DNA of 64,000 nucleotides from an uncultured Chloroflexia bacterium (GCA_963787025.1 CAWBBG010000009.1:7765-71764); one strand, 5' to 3'. Positions 1 to 9,776 are shown, counted from the stretch's first letter. A program made the numbers and translations. Notes: a model not told the origin generated them from the sequence alone.

Positions 1-1
1 G

Positions 2-163
2 GACCAGCGGCCCGGCATTCACGTCCACGCCACCCTCGACGGGCTGGCCCGGCGCATGGCACGCGACGAGGTGCTCACCGATGCGCAGGTGGACCGCATC
101 GTCGCACTGCTCGACCCCCGGCAGCCGCTCCCCCGCCTGGCACCCTCGACACCGAACGGCTGA
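2..163 (+). CDS. 3' end of a CDS entering from the left edge (DQRPGIHVHATLDGLARRMARDEVLTDAQVDRIVALLDPRQ...NG*); product uncertain, weakly like a phosphoribosyltransferase C-terminus
   Basis: Open frame from base 2 to TGA at 161-163, directly abutting the next GTG at 164; GC3-rich codons. Confidence 0.5.
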   Translation, partial: DQRPGIHVHATLDGLARRMARDEVLTDAQVDRIVALLDPRQPLPRLAPSTPNG

Positions 164-2221
164 GTGAGGGGCCAGGGGTCGCCCGCCGCGGCCGGGTTCG
201 CCGCGGTCGTGGCCCTCGTCGCGCTCGCCGCCGCGTGGGCCCTGCCTCCGCTGGCGATCCTGTTCGTCTGGCCGCTCCTCTACGTGGTCCCCGGCTGGGC
301 GCTGGTGGCCATCACGGCACCGCGGATCCCCGCCACCGGGCGGCTGGGGGTTGCCATCATCCTGTCTGTAGCGGTCAGCACGCACCTCGTCTGGTGGCTC
401 GCGCTGGCGATGGGATACACGCGCACCACCGTCTTCCTGGCCGCCACCATCCTGGCCGCGGGCCTGCCGCTCGCCGCATGGCGGGGCTCTCCGGCCGCTG
501 GCCTGGCGAACGGCCTGCGGGCGGCCCGGAACGCGTTCACACGCGACCGCGCGCCGTTCCTGCTGGCGGCCCTGGCTTCGGGTTTCGTGGGCGTCGTGCT
601 GGCCAGCGGCCTGTGGCACGTCACCGCCGCCGGCGTCGACAGCGGCGGCTCGAACTGGAGCGACCTGGGCGTCCACCTTTCCATCGCCCAGAGCCTGAAT
701 GCCGGCAACTTCCCGCCGCAGGTGCCCTACTTCGCCGGCGCGCCGCTGGTCTACCACTGGTTCGCGGACTTCCACGACGCCATCCTCGCCAGCGCGGCGG
801 GGATCTTCGCCATCCCGGCGTTCATCACCTCGTCGGCGATCCTGGCCGGAGCGCTCGTCCTCTGCGTCCACGGCCTGGCCCGCACCCTGCTGCGCGACGC
901 GGCGGCGCGCAGGGCTGCCCTGATCGCCGCCACCCTCGCGGTCTTCGCCGGCGGGCTCGGCTGGATCCGGCTCGTCGGCGACGTCGCGAACGGGCTCGGC
1001 AACCCGATCAGCCTGGTGATCAACAACAGCTACGACAACGTCTGGTACGACGCGCTGGGCCATGTCAGCTGGCCGTACTTCCGGATCCCATCGGTGATGG
1101 GCACCGGGCTCCTGGTGCACCGGGCAACCATGGCGGGCCTGCCGATGCTTGTGGCGATGGTCCTGCTCCTCGTGGCGGGGTTGCCGACCGCCCGCCGGCG
1201 ACGTGCGGGGTGGCGTGATCGCCCGGGGCTGATCGCCCTGGCCGGCTTGACCGGTGCCCTGCTGGCCCCGTTCCACTTCTTCTTCTTCCCCGCCGGGTTG
1301 CTCATTGCACTCCTGTGGGTCGTGACCGGCGGCCGGCTGACGGATGCCGCGACCCCGCGAAACGCGCTGCTCTTCCTGGGTCCCTACCTGTTGAGCCTGC
1401 CGTTCGCCGTGGCACCGCTCCTCCAGGCTTCGAGCTCCGGGGCGCTGAAGCTGGTCGCCGGTTGGGAGTCCGCCCCCTTCGCGGACGGACCGGCGGCGGT
1501 CGTCTTCTTCTATGCCACCAACCTGGGCGTCCCCATGCTCCTGGCCGCCGCCGCCCTGCTCTGGCGCCGGACGCCGGTGCGCTGGTTCCTGGCCGGCTGG
1601 GCGGTGCTCCTGTTCACGGTCCCCAACGTGATCCAGGTCAGCTCCATCGCCTTCGACATGAACAAGTACTTCCAGGCGATGTGGATCGCCGTGGCGCTGC
1701 TGGCGGCCTGGCTCATCCGCCGCTGGCCTTGGCCGGCGGTGGCGGTTGTGCTGGCCCTGAGCATTCCGTCCCCGCTGCTCGTGGGCGCCTGGACGGGCCT
1801 GAACCGGGAGCAGGTCCTGTCCGCGGACCAGCTCGCCGCGGCGGAATGGATCGCGAGCAACACCCCGGACCGCGCGGTCTTCGCCACCGACGGCTGGCTC
1901 AATGCGCCAACGGACCCGGCCGGGCGGCTGCGCCTGCTCACCTTCGAGCCGTACGTCGCCAACCTCGGCTATTCGCCGGACCTCCGCGCGTCACAGCTGA
2001 CGCAGATCTACTGTGGCGGCGATCCGTTCATGACGGTCGCGCTCATGCGCCAGCTGGGTGCGTCCTATCTCATCGACGGGGGCCGGCCGTCGCCCTGCCC
2101 GAGCCCGGTGGACTTCGCTGAGACCCCCGGTTTCGAGCGTGTGTACGCGAATCCGTCGCTCACCATCTACCGCCTCGCGACGGCCGGTGCGGCAACCGGC
2201 CCCGTATCATCGGTGCCATGA
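164..2221 (+). CDS. Polytopic membrane protein, GT-C-like glycosyltransferase fold (YYY/DUF2298-like) with extracytoplasmic C-terminal domain
   Basis: 685 aa with many hydrophobic helices; luminal loop WSDLGVHLSIAQSL...PPQVPYFAG.PLVYHW; C-terminal AAEWIASNTP..AVF segment typical of this family. Confidence 0.7.
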   Translation: MRGQGSPAAAGFAAVVALVALAAAWALPPLAILFVWPLLYVVPGWALVAITAPRIPATGRLGVAIILSVAVSTHLVWWLALAMGYTRTTVFLAATILAAGLPLAAWRGSPAAGLANGLRAARNAFTRDRAPFLLAALASGFVGVVLASGLWHVTAAGVDSGGSNWSDLGVHLSIAQSLNAGNFPPQVPYFAGAPLVYHWFADFHDAILASAAGIFAIPAFITSSAILAGALVLCVHGLARTLLRDAAARRAALIAATLAVFAGGLGWIRLVGDVANGLGNPISLVINNSYDNVWYDALGHVSWPYFRIPSVMGTGLLVHRATMAGLPMLVAMVLLLVAGLPTARRRRAGWRDRPGLIALAGLTGALLAPFHFFFFPAGLLIALLWVVTGGRLTDAATPRNALLFLGPYLLSLPFAVAPLLQASSSGALKLVAGWESAPFADGPAAVVFFYATNLGVPMLLAAAALLWRRTPVRWFLAGWAVLLFTVPNVIQVSSIAFDMNKYFQAMWIAVALLAAWLIRRWPWPAVAVVLALSIPSPLLVGAWTGLNREQVLSADQLAAAEWIASNTPDRAVFATDGWLNAPTDPAGRLRLLTFEPYVANLGYSPDLRASQLTQIYCGGDPFMTVALMRQLGASYLIDGGRPSPCPSPVDFAETPGFERVYANPSLTIYRLATAGAATGPVSSVP

Positions 2222-3369
2222 GCACCACCGCCGCGGCGGGGGCGGTCGTCGCCCTCGACCACGTCTCGAAGCGGTACGGCCCCGACGGCACCGCGCCCGC
2301 GGTGACCGATCTTTCCCTCACCATTCCCGCCGGCGAGATCTGCGTCCTGGTGGGACCCTCAGGCTGCGGCAAGACCACCACCATGAAGATGGTCAACCGT
2401 CTCGTGGAACCCACATCGGGCACGGTGACCATCGACGGCGAGGACGTGATGCGGCTGCCCCCCGTGGAGCTGCGGCGCCGGATCGGCTACGTGATCCAGC
2501 AGGTGGGCCTCTTTCCGCACATGACCGTGGGCGAGAACGCCGCGGTGGTCCCGCGCCTGCTGCAATGGCCGAACGTCCGGATCCGCGACCGCGTGGACGA
2601 GCTGCTCGACCTGGTTGGGCTCGACCCGGCCACCTACCGGGACCGATACCCGTCCGCGCTTTCCGGCGGCGAGCGCCAGCGGGTGGGGGTCGCCCGCGCC
2701 CTGGCCGCCGACCCCCCGGTGATGCTCATGGACGAGCCGTTCGGCGCCGTGGATCCGATCCGCCGGGAGCGCCTGCAGAACGAGTTCCTGCGCCTCCAGG
2801 CCAAGGTCCGCAAGACGATCGTGTTCGTCACCCATGACGTGGACGAGGCGATCAAGATGGCCGACCGGATCGCCATCCTGCAGCGCGGGGGCATCCTTGC
2901 CCAGTACGACAACCCGAACGCCATCCTGGCCCAGCCCGCGAGCGAGTTCGTCGAGCGCTTCGTGGGCGCCGACCGCGGGCTGAAGCGCCTCTCCCTGGCG
3001 CGCGTGCGTGACCTGCCGCTCCTGGAACCGGTGATCGTCCACGGCGGAGATCGCAGCCGCGACGCCGTGCGCGCGGTCGACGCCGCACCGATCGACTTCG
3101 CGCTGATGGTGGACGACCGCGACCGGCCGATCGGCTGGATTCACGGCAGCGAGCTCGCCCGCGGCGGAGCCATCGATCCTTCCCTCGCGACGCCCGGGGC
3201 GAGCCTCCTCGAGCCCGAGACGACGCTGCGCGACGCGCTCTCGGCCATGCTCGCCTCGTCGGTCCAGCTGGGCGTGGTGGTGGACGAGCGCGAACGGGTG
3301 CTCGGCCTGGTGAGCGTCGACCAGATCAGCGGCGTTCTCCAGAGCGCAACGCCGCCAAAGGCGAGCTGA
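2218..3369 (+). CDS. Osmoprotectant (glycine betaine/choline/proline) ABC transporter ATP-binding protein with C-terminal CBS domains
   Basis: Walker A GPSGCGKTT, LSGGERQRV signature, LLMDEPFGAVD Walker B, FVTHD switch; OpuA/ProV-like architecture. Confidence 0.93.
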   Translation: MSTTAAAGAVVALDHVSKRYGPDGTAPAVTDLSLTIPAGEICVLVGPSGCGKTTTMKMVNRLVEPTSGTVTIDGEDVMRLPPVELRRRIGYVIQQVGLFPHMTVGENAAVVPRLLQWPNVRIRDRVDELLDLVGLDPATYRDRYPSALSGGERQRVGVARALAADPPVMLMDEPFGAVDPIRRERLQNEFLRLQAKVRKTIVFVTHDVDEAIKMADRIAILQRGGILAQYDNPNAILAQPASEFVERFVGADRGLKRLSLARVRDLPLLEPVIVHGGDRSRDAVRAVDAAPIDFALMVDDRDRPIGWIHGSELARGGAIDPSLATPGASLLEPETTLRDALSAMLASSVQLGVVVDERERVLGLVSVDQISGVLQSATPPKAS

Positions 3370-3373
3370 GCCG

Positions 3374-4042
3374 ATGCCGCCCGGCGAGCCGTTCATCCGC
3401 CCCGACTGGATCGTCAACAACATGGACGTGATCTGGGAGCGGCTGCTGCAGCACGTGGGAATGACGTTGACCGCGGTTGTGATCGGGTTCGTCCTCAGCT
3501 TCGGCGCGGCGCTCTTCATCCGTCGCCGAAGGCGCGCGACCGCGGCGGTCATCGGTGTCACCGGGGTTCTCTACGCGATCCCCAGCCTGGCGCTCTTCGC
3601 CTTCTTGATCCCGTTCACCGGTCTCAGCTTCTTCTCGGCCGAGATCGCCCTCACGAGCTACACCCTGCTGATCATCATCCGGAACATCCTTCTCGGGCTC
3701 GAGTCGGTTCCGCCCGACGTTGTCGAAGCGGCATCGGGGATGGGGTACACGCCGAGCCAGATGCTGTGGCGCGTGGAGCTGCCCATCGCGGTGCCGATCA
3801 TCGTGGCCGGGCTGCGCATCGCGACCGTCACGACCGTGGGCCTCGTGACGGTCACCGCGCTGATCGGTCAGGGCGGCCTGGGGTACCTGATCGTCGTGAC
3901 CGGGCTCAGGGGCTTCTTCCCCACCGCAATCTGGGTCGGCTCCCTCCTCTCCGTGGCACTCGCCGTCGTGGCGGATCTCGCCCTGCTCCTCCTTCAGACC
4001 CGCCTCACACCGTGGGTCCGGGCACGGAGCGCGACGTCGTGA
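3374..4042 (+). CDS. Osmoprotectant ABC transporter permease
   Basis: YAIPSLALF and EAA loop (VVEAASGMGYT..Q.LWRVELP.A.P.I.AGLRIA); in operon with the ATPase. Confidence 0.9.
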   Translation: MPPGEPFIRPDWIVNNMDVIWERLLQHVGMTLTAVVIGFVLSFGAALFIRRRRRATAAVIGVTGVLYAIPSLALFAFLIPFTGLSFFSAEIALTSYTLLIIIRNILLGLESVPPDVVEAASGMGYTPSQMLWRVELPIAVPIIVAGLRIATVTTVGLVTVTALIGQGGLGYLIVVTGLRGFFPTAIWVGSLLSVALAVVADLALLLLQTRLTPWVRARSATS

Positions 4043-4798
4043 AACTGATCGAAGAGCTCGCCCAATGGCTCTCGGTCCCCGCCCACTGGACCGGTGCAGA
4101 CGGCATGCTCCCCCGCCTCGTGGAGCACCTCGCCTTCTCAGGTGGGTCGCTCCTTCTCTCGGTTCTCATCGCCCTTCCCGTGGGTCTCGCCATCGGCCAC
4201 TCCGGGCGCGGCGCGCTTGCGGCGATCAGCGTCGCGAACATCGGCCGGGCGCTGCCGACGCTCGGCCTGCTCGGAATCGTCCTGACCATCACCGCCAACT
4301 GGTGGCCGCCGCTTGGCTTCTTTTTCATCCCCACCGATCGTGGCCCTCGTCGCACTTGGCATCCCGCCCATCGTGACCAACACGTACGCCGGCATCCGGG
4401 AGGTGGAACCGGACGCCGTCGAGGCCGGGCGCGGGATGGGGATGCGCGAGCTCCAGCTCCTGTGGTTGGTGGAGGTGCCGCTCGCCCTGCCCTCGATCCT
4501 GACCGGTCTGCGCATCTCTGCGGTGCAGGTCGTCGCGACCGCGACGCTGGCCGCAGTCCTGGGGGCCGGCGGCCTTGGCCGGCTGATCATCGACGGCATC
4601 GCCCAGCAGGACGACGCCCAGCTCTTCATGGGCGCCGTGCTGGTGGGCGCACTGGCCATCGGGACCGAGCTCGGCTTTGCCTGGCTCCAGCGACGACTCG
4701 TCTCGCCGGGGATCGGGTCACACCCACAATCGCCGGCGCGGTCCTGGGGCGGGGACGAGCACTCGATGCAGACCCCGGTCGGGGGCCCGTTCGCCTAG
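4039..4798 (+). CDS. Second osmoprotectant ABC permease, frameshifted near 4330
   Basis: GTG overlaps the upstream stop (GTGA). N-half (NIGRALPTLGLL) is in the 3766 frame; C-half with the EAA loop (AVEAGRGMGM) is in the 4313 frame. The switch falls at a CCCC run. Confidence 0.85.
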
Positions 4799-4935
4799 CT
4801 CAGCGATCTGAACCCGGCTGAAAGAATCGGCCTATTCCTGTCATCGGAGCGTCACGAGTCGGCTGATAGACTCCGAACCCTGAACCGTCGCGGCATGCGG
4901 CGGCAATCCCTTGTTCGCACCAGAAGGAGGACCCA

Positions 4936-5893
4936 ATGCGGAGATTCCGCATGCTCGCCCTCGGGGCGTCGGTGCTGGCGCTGGTCCTCAGCGCCTGCTC
5001 GACGGGAGGGGGCGGCAGCTCGGCACCATCGGCGGCCAGCATCGGCCCATCGCAATCCCAGGAGCTGCCGAAGGTGATCGTCGGCTCGGCCGACTTCTAC
5101 GAATCTGCCCTCGTCGGCGAGATCTACGCGCAGGCGCTCGAGGCCAAGGGCTTCACCGTGGAGCGCAAGCTCAACCTGGGTGCGCGGACCCTCACCAACG
5201 ATGCGCTCAAGAGCGACCAGATCAACCTGATGCCCGAGTACCTGGGCTACGAGGCATCGGAGCTGAAGGCGAATGCCACCGGCGACCCGGCGGCCACCAA
5301 GACCGCGCTCGATGCGGCGCTGGATCCCCTGGGGCTCACCTCGCTCGCCTACGCGCCCGGGGCCGACCAGAACGGCTTCGCGGTTCGCAAGGAGACGGCG
5401 GACCAGATGTCGCTCACGACCATGAGCGACGCAGCCAAGGTCGGCGACCCAGCTGAAGTGGGGCCTTCCCCCGGAGTGCGGGACGAACGCCGGCTGCGGG
5501 CAGGCGCTCAAGGACAAGTACGGCATCGACATCACCGCCGCTGGTTTCCAGTGGGTCAAGCTGGCGCCGTGCTCGCGCAGCGATCGCGGTCGCGCTGAAC
5601 AGCAAGAACGTCGACGTCGCCGAGCTGTGCACGCACCCAGCCGGACATCGCCAGCTTCAACTTCGTCCTGCTCACCGACGACAAGCAGTCGCAGGTGGCG
5701 GGCAACATGATTCCCGTCCTGCGCAAGGACCTTCTCGACACCGGCGGGTCCGCCCTCTCGGACACGCTCAATGCGGTCTCGGCCAAGCTGACCACCGATG
5801 CCCTCACCCAGATGGGCGTCAAGGTCGAACGTGGACCAGCAGAAGATCGCGGATGTGGCCAAGCAGTTCCTGACCGATAACGGCCTGATCTAG
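4936..5893 (+). CDS. Osmoprotectant ABC transporter substrate-binding lipoprotein (OpuAC/OsmF-like), several frameshifts (about 5445, 5575, 5630, 5830)
   Basis: Lipobox LSAC, VGSADFYES..GEIYAQALE, INLMPEYLG. Later segments (KWGLPPEC, FVLLTDDKQSQVAGNMIPVLR, VAKQFLTDNGLI*) continue in other frames to TAG at 5891-5893; AGGAGG RBS upstream. Confidence 0.85.
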
Positions 5894-5963
5894 CCGTTCG
5901 TCTGCATGCACCGATGGCGGGCGCCCCGCGCGGGGCGCCCGCCGTCTATCCTCTCGTGTATCC

Positions 5964-6590
5964 ATGTCCGAGTACCTCGACCTTGCCGACTGGCGACGGC
6001 GCGTGGCCGTCCTCTACCAGACCCTCCGTTCCGACACGCGCCCGCAGCCGATGCGACTGGTCGCCTTCCGCTCCGCGCGCGAGCACCTGTTCCGCGAGCA
6101 CCCCTCCTCCCCGGTGCCGGCCGCCGAACGCGCCGACTTCCGTGGCGTCGCCTACTGGCGGCACGATCCGTCCCTGCGCTTCACGGCCCGGCTTGAGCCC
6201 GATCCCGACGCGCCACCGCTCGAGCTGCCGCGCTCCGGGGAAGGGCCCTCGCTTCCCTATGCGCGGATCGGGTGGGTGCGCTTCGTCGCCGATGGGACGC
6301 CCTGCACCCTGGCCGTGTACTGGATGAACGAGTACGTCGGGGGCATCTTCATCCCGTTCCGCGACGCGACCAGCGGGCACGAGTCATACGCCGCGGGGCG
6401 CTACCTGTGGGACTCCGGGAAGGGCGCCGACCTGGGCTCGAACGGCGACGAGATGGTGCTCGACTTCAACTACGCCTACCACCCCTCCTGCGTCTACGAC
6501 GCCCGCTGGAGCTGTCCGCTGGCGCCGCAGGAGAACTGGCTCTCCGTGCCGATCCGGGCCGGCGAGCGACTTCCGGAGGGCCACCCATGA
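5964..6590 (+). CDS. DUF1684 family protein
   Basis: FIPFRDATSGHESY.AGRYL and LDFNYAYHPSC.Y..RWSCPLAP.EN.L.VPIRAGE motifs. Confidence 0.9.
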   Translation: MSEYLDLADWRRRVAVLYQTLRSDTRPQPMRLVAFRSAREHLFREHPSSPVPAAERADFRGVAYWRHDPSLRFTARLEPDPDAPPLELPRSGEGPSLPYARIGWVRFVADGTPCTLAVYWMNEYVGGIFIPFRDATSGHESYAAGRYLWDSGKGADLGSNGDEMVLDFNYAYHPSCVYDARWSCPLAPQENWLSVPIRAGERLPEGHP

Positions 6591-7069
6591 CCGCCGACGG
6601 ATCGGAGGCTGGCGCGACCGATTCGCGCGCTCCGCGGCGCTGCTACAAGTGCGGACGGCAGATCGGACCTGACGAGTCGATCTGCGACGTCTGCAACCGG
6701 GCCGGCATGGCGACGCCGTCTGCGAGCCAGTACCACGGGACGATCGTGGTGGCCATCGTGGCCGGCGTGGCGCTGCTGGCCATCGCGGCCAGCCTGGCCA
6801 TGCGCGGCATCGGTCCCTACACCGCGCGAACGCTGTCGTTCCACGCAGGCTCGCAGGGGGCCGTGGTGGCAACCGTGTTGGTCAGCAACGAGGGCACCAG
6901 GTCCGGACGTGCGAAATGCCGGCTGGAGGCCAGGGACGCCGGCGGCCACGAGCTGGGCGCGGTGACCTCGGTGTCTCCGCCGGTGAGCGGCGGGGACACG
7001 GTCACCTTCGACCAGTCGATCCCGGGCGTGGGCGGCGAACCCGCCAGCGTGGCGGTCAGCTGCCAGTAG
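6587..7069 (+). CDS. Membrane-anchored protein with N-terminal C4 zinc ribbon and extracytoplasmic beta (FxLYD-like) domain
   Basis: ATG overlaps the DUF1684 stop (ATGA); CYKC...CDVC, one TM helix, then a beta-rich domain with two Cys. Confidence 0.75.
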   Translation: MTADGSEAGATDSRAPRRCYKCGRQIGPDESICDVCNRAGMATPSASQYHGTIVVAIVAGVALLAIAASLAMRGIGPYTARTLSFHAGSQGAVVATVLVSNEGTRSGRAKCRLEARDAGGHELGAVTSVSPPVSGGDTVTFDQSIPGVGGEPASVAVSCQ

Positions 7070-7096
7070 CGACCCGGCTCCGGTGTCGAGCCGTCC

Positions 7097-7639
7097 TCAG
7101 CCGAGGATGACCGTTACGTGCACCAGGCCGCGCGAGAGCGGCAGGTCGGTGACCAGCGCCCACGCTACGGGGGTGAGATCCGCGACACGCTGCTTCGCGG
7201 TTCCCCAGTAGCAGTTGCAGTAGTCCACGACGGGGAGAGTGGCGCATCGGTCGGCGCAGATCGTCACCGTCCCGCTGATTCCGCCCGTGTAGCGCCCGCC
7301 CAGTGCCCCGGGGAGAGCCACCGCCGCGCGGCCGATGAACCCGCGCGTGCCCGAGTAGTGGGACGCGGTCCCGCTGATCCGTGGACGGCGCGCGGGGGGG
7401 GTCGGAGCCGGAGCCCTGCGAGCGACCAGGCTGGGAGTTGGATCGGCGATCGCCGTGATCGGGCGGAGGCCGTCGTCGGCAATGCCGCGCAGCTGCGCCG
7501 CGGTAAGCGCGGGTGTGGTGGGATTGACGATTGTCGGCCGCGGCGCATCGAACGCGTGGGCGGCGGTGACGGTGATGGCGAGCACGAGGGCAGCCGCCGG
7601 CACGAGGGTGGACAGCACCCTCCTGGGGTTTCGCAACAT
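7097..7639 (-). CDS. Secreted RlpA-like double-psi beta-barrel (expansin/lytic transglycosylase-like) protein
   Basis: Signal peptide ending AAHA; GTASHY, V.ICADRC..LPVVDYC.C and RVADLT..AW..V, typical DPBB pattern. Confidence 0.7.
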   Translation of the reverse strand: MLRNPRRVLSTLVPAAALVLAITVTAAHAFDAPRPTIVNPTTPALTAAQLRGIADDGLRPITAIADPTPSLVARRAPAPTPPARRPRISGTASHYSGTRGFIGRAAVALPGALGGRYTGGISGTVTICADRCATLPVVDYCNCYWGTAKQRVADLTPVAWALVTDLPLSRGLVHVTVILG

Positions 7640-7920
7640 GGGGCTCCGGTAGCGGATTCTTCAGGCTCCGCGCACGGACCGCCATGGCGCATCCGTTTGT
7701 CGCGCGGGCCTCGAGCGCGGCCCCGGGCGGGGCCACGACAGTAGACTCGGTTGGGACACCTTCAGGGTGCCAGCCGGCGGCGCATCGGTCAAATGGGCAC
7801 GGTTCGCGAAGCGGGCGGGCCGCAGCCCGGATACCGGTGGGGGGTCGTGCACCCTCGTCGGCGTCCGACCGAGCCAGGGGCTCGCTGGTCAAGCTCGAGC
7901 GCGGCAGCTAGAGTGGCCCC

Positions 7921-8868
7921 ATGCCCAATGATCGACGCGGCGACCGCCGCCAACCATCGCGTCCCGGTGGGGGCGGCTTCGGTGAACGCCGACCGTACCG
8001 TCCCGGCGGACGTCCTGCGGGACCACCGGAAAGCCGCGGACCCCGCGAGTTCACGCCGCGCGACCGCCCGCCGCGCGACTCCACGCCCCGAGATTTCCCG
8101 CCGCGCGACTCCACGCCCCGCGACCGCCCGCAGCGCGATTTCCCGCCGCGCGACTCCGCACCCCGCGAGTTCACACCGCGCGACCGCCCGCAGCGAACCT
8201 TCCCTGATCGTGGCGCCCCGCGAGCGCCATACGCTGCCGGCGGCCAGGACGACGGCGGGATGGCGATCCGGGTCGATCCGCGCCGCCTCTCCCTCCTGAA
8301 GGAGCTCGCCGCGGGGCAGGGACTGCGGCCCGGCCAGCTGGTGCAACGCTGGATCGAGGAGCGCCTCGACGCAGAACGCCAGGGCCTGCCCGTCGCCCAG
8401 CCCGAGGGAGCGTCGCGGCTCGCGCAGCTGGAGGCCACCGTTGCCTCGCTCGTCACGCAGGTCACCGAGCTCGCGTCCCGCGCGGCCGACAGGGCCTCGA
8501 CACCGCAAGCGGCGGCGCCCGCGGAACCAACGGTGCCCGCAGATCCTCCGGCGCAGGCCGCCACCGAACCGGCCGAGGCTCGTCCGCGGCGAGGACGGCC
8601 GCCGAAGGCCACCGGCAAGCGCCAGCGTGCCACCGCGCCCACGAGCGGTGGCAGGATCGCCCTCCACGACGAGATCGCGGCGGTGATCGGTGAGCGCGGA
8701 CCGTCCACCGCGGCAGAGATCGCCGACGCCATCCGCGACCGCGGACACTATCACGCTCCACGCTCCAGCCGGCCGCTCGACGCGGCCACGGTGAACAGCC
8801 GGGTCTCGAACCCGGTCTATCGGTCCCGGTTCGTGCGCTCCGGCGGCCGCATCGATCTCGTCCGGTAG
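7921..8868 (+). CDS. Putative nucleic-acid-binding protein: PRDxx repeat N-terminus, ribbon-helix-helix-like segment, coiled coil, C-terminal winged helix (HARE-HTH-like)
   Basis: 315-aa ORF with GC3-rich codons; MAIRVDPRRLSLLKELAA..GLRPGQLVQRWIEERL and LHDEIAAVIGERGPSTAAEIADAIRDRG segments. Confidence 0.7.
   Translation: MPNDRRGDRRQPSRPGGGGFGERRPYRPGGRPAGPPESRGPREFTPRDRPPRDSTPRDFPPRDSTPRDRPQRDFPPRDSAPREFTPRDRPQRTFPDRGAPRAPYAAGGQDDGGMAIRVDPRRLSLLKELAAGQGLRPGQLVQRWIEERLDAERQGLPVAQPEGASRLAQLEATVASLVTQVTELASRAADRASTPQAAAPAEPTVPADPPAQAATEPAEARPRRGRPPKATGKRQRATAPTSGGRIALHDEIAAVIGERGPSTAAEIADAIRDRGHYHAPRSSRPLDAATVNSRVSNPVYRSRFVRSGGRIDLVR
8041..8205 (+). repeat. Eleven imperfect 15-bp tandem units encoding (P/Q)R(D/E)xx pentapeptides
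   Basis: Read directly: PREFT PRDRP PRDST PRDFP PRDST PRDRP QRDFP PRDSA PREFT PRDRP QRTFP. Confidence 0.9.
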
Positions 8869-8879
8869 GGCGCCCGCGG

Positions 8880-9776
8880 GTGGACGGCATCGGCGCACAC
8901 GGCGTCTGGTCAAACTGGGACAGGCTGGCGGCGGAGGAGGCGACCGCCCTGGTGCGCAGCGCTGAGTCGCTGGGGTACGACGTGGCCTGGACCCAGGAAG
9001 GGGTCGGTCGGGAGCCCTTTGCGCTGCTGGGGCACCTGGCGGCCCGCACGCAGCGCATCGGCCTTGCGGTGGGGATCGCACAGACGACGGCGCGTGACGC
9101 GGTCGCCGCGCATGCCGGCGCAGCCACACTTCATGAGCTCTCGGGCGGCCGGATGCTCCTGGGCCTCGGCGTCGGCCACCAGGAGGTCGAGCAGGTTCGC
9201 GGTCACCGCTGGCTGCCACCCATCGAGGCCATGAGCGCCTACCTCGACGCGTACCGGGCGGCGCCCTACCGCGGTCCTCTGCCGTACGGCGAGCCGCCGC
9301 TCGTCCTCGCCGCGCTGCGCCAGCGGATGCAACGGCTCGCGGCGGAGCGCACGGACGGCGCCTTCCTGTACTGCGTCCCCGTGCAGGCGGTCAGCGAGGC
9401 GAGGACCCTCCTGGATGCGGTGGCGGCGCAGACCGGCCGGCCACGGCCGGTGCTGATCGTGAGCGCCGCGGTGCGCCTCGATCGTGACCCGTCGACCGCG
9501 CGGGAAACGGCCCGCCGCTACCTGGCCCGCTACCTCTCCCTGCCGAACTACCTCGCGAACCTGCGACGGCTGGGGTTCACCAATGCCGAGCTGGTGGCAC
9601 CCGGCGCCGATCGCCTGGTTGACGCGCTGGTGTCCTGGGGCACGGATGCCGCGGTGCGCGAGCGGCTCGCCGGCCTGCGGGTCGCCGGCGCGGACCACGT
9701 GGCCATGATCCCGCTCAACGCGGAGGGACTCCACGCCGACCGGGCGACGGTCGAGCGGCTCGCGCCTCCCTGGTGA
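8880..9776 (+). CDS. LLM-class (probably F420-dependent) oxidoreductase
   Basis: AESLGYDVAW..E..GREPF, ELSGGR.LLGLGVGH, LAALR.RM..LAAE..DGA; luciferase-like fold pattern. Confidence 0.85.
   Translation: MDGIGAHGVWSNWDRLAAEEATALVRSAESLGYDVAWTQEGVGREPFALLGHLAARTQRIGLAVGIAQTTARDAVAAHAGAATLHELSGGRMLLGLGVGHQEVEQVRGHRWLPPIEAMSAYLDAYRAAPYRGPLPYGEPPLVLAALRQRMQRLAAERTDGAFLYCVPVQAVSEARTLLDAVAAQTGRPRPVLIVSAAVRLDRDPSTARETARRYLARYLSLPNYLANLRRLGFTNAELVAPGADRLVDALVSWGTDAAVRERLAGLRVAGADHVAMIPLNAEGLHADRATVERLAPPW

Noticed and set aside
7640-7860. c-di-AMP (ydaO) riboswitch before the RlpA-like gene
   Set aside because: Only GAATCC matches, too close to the start codon; GGGGAACC and AACCCG-CAGCTAAC elements are missing
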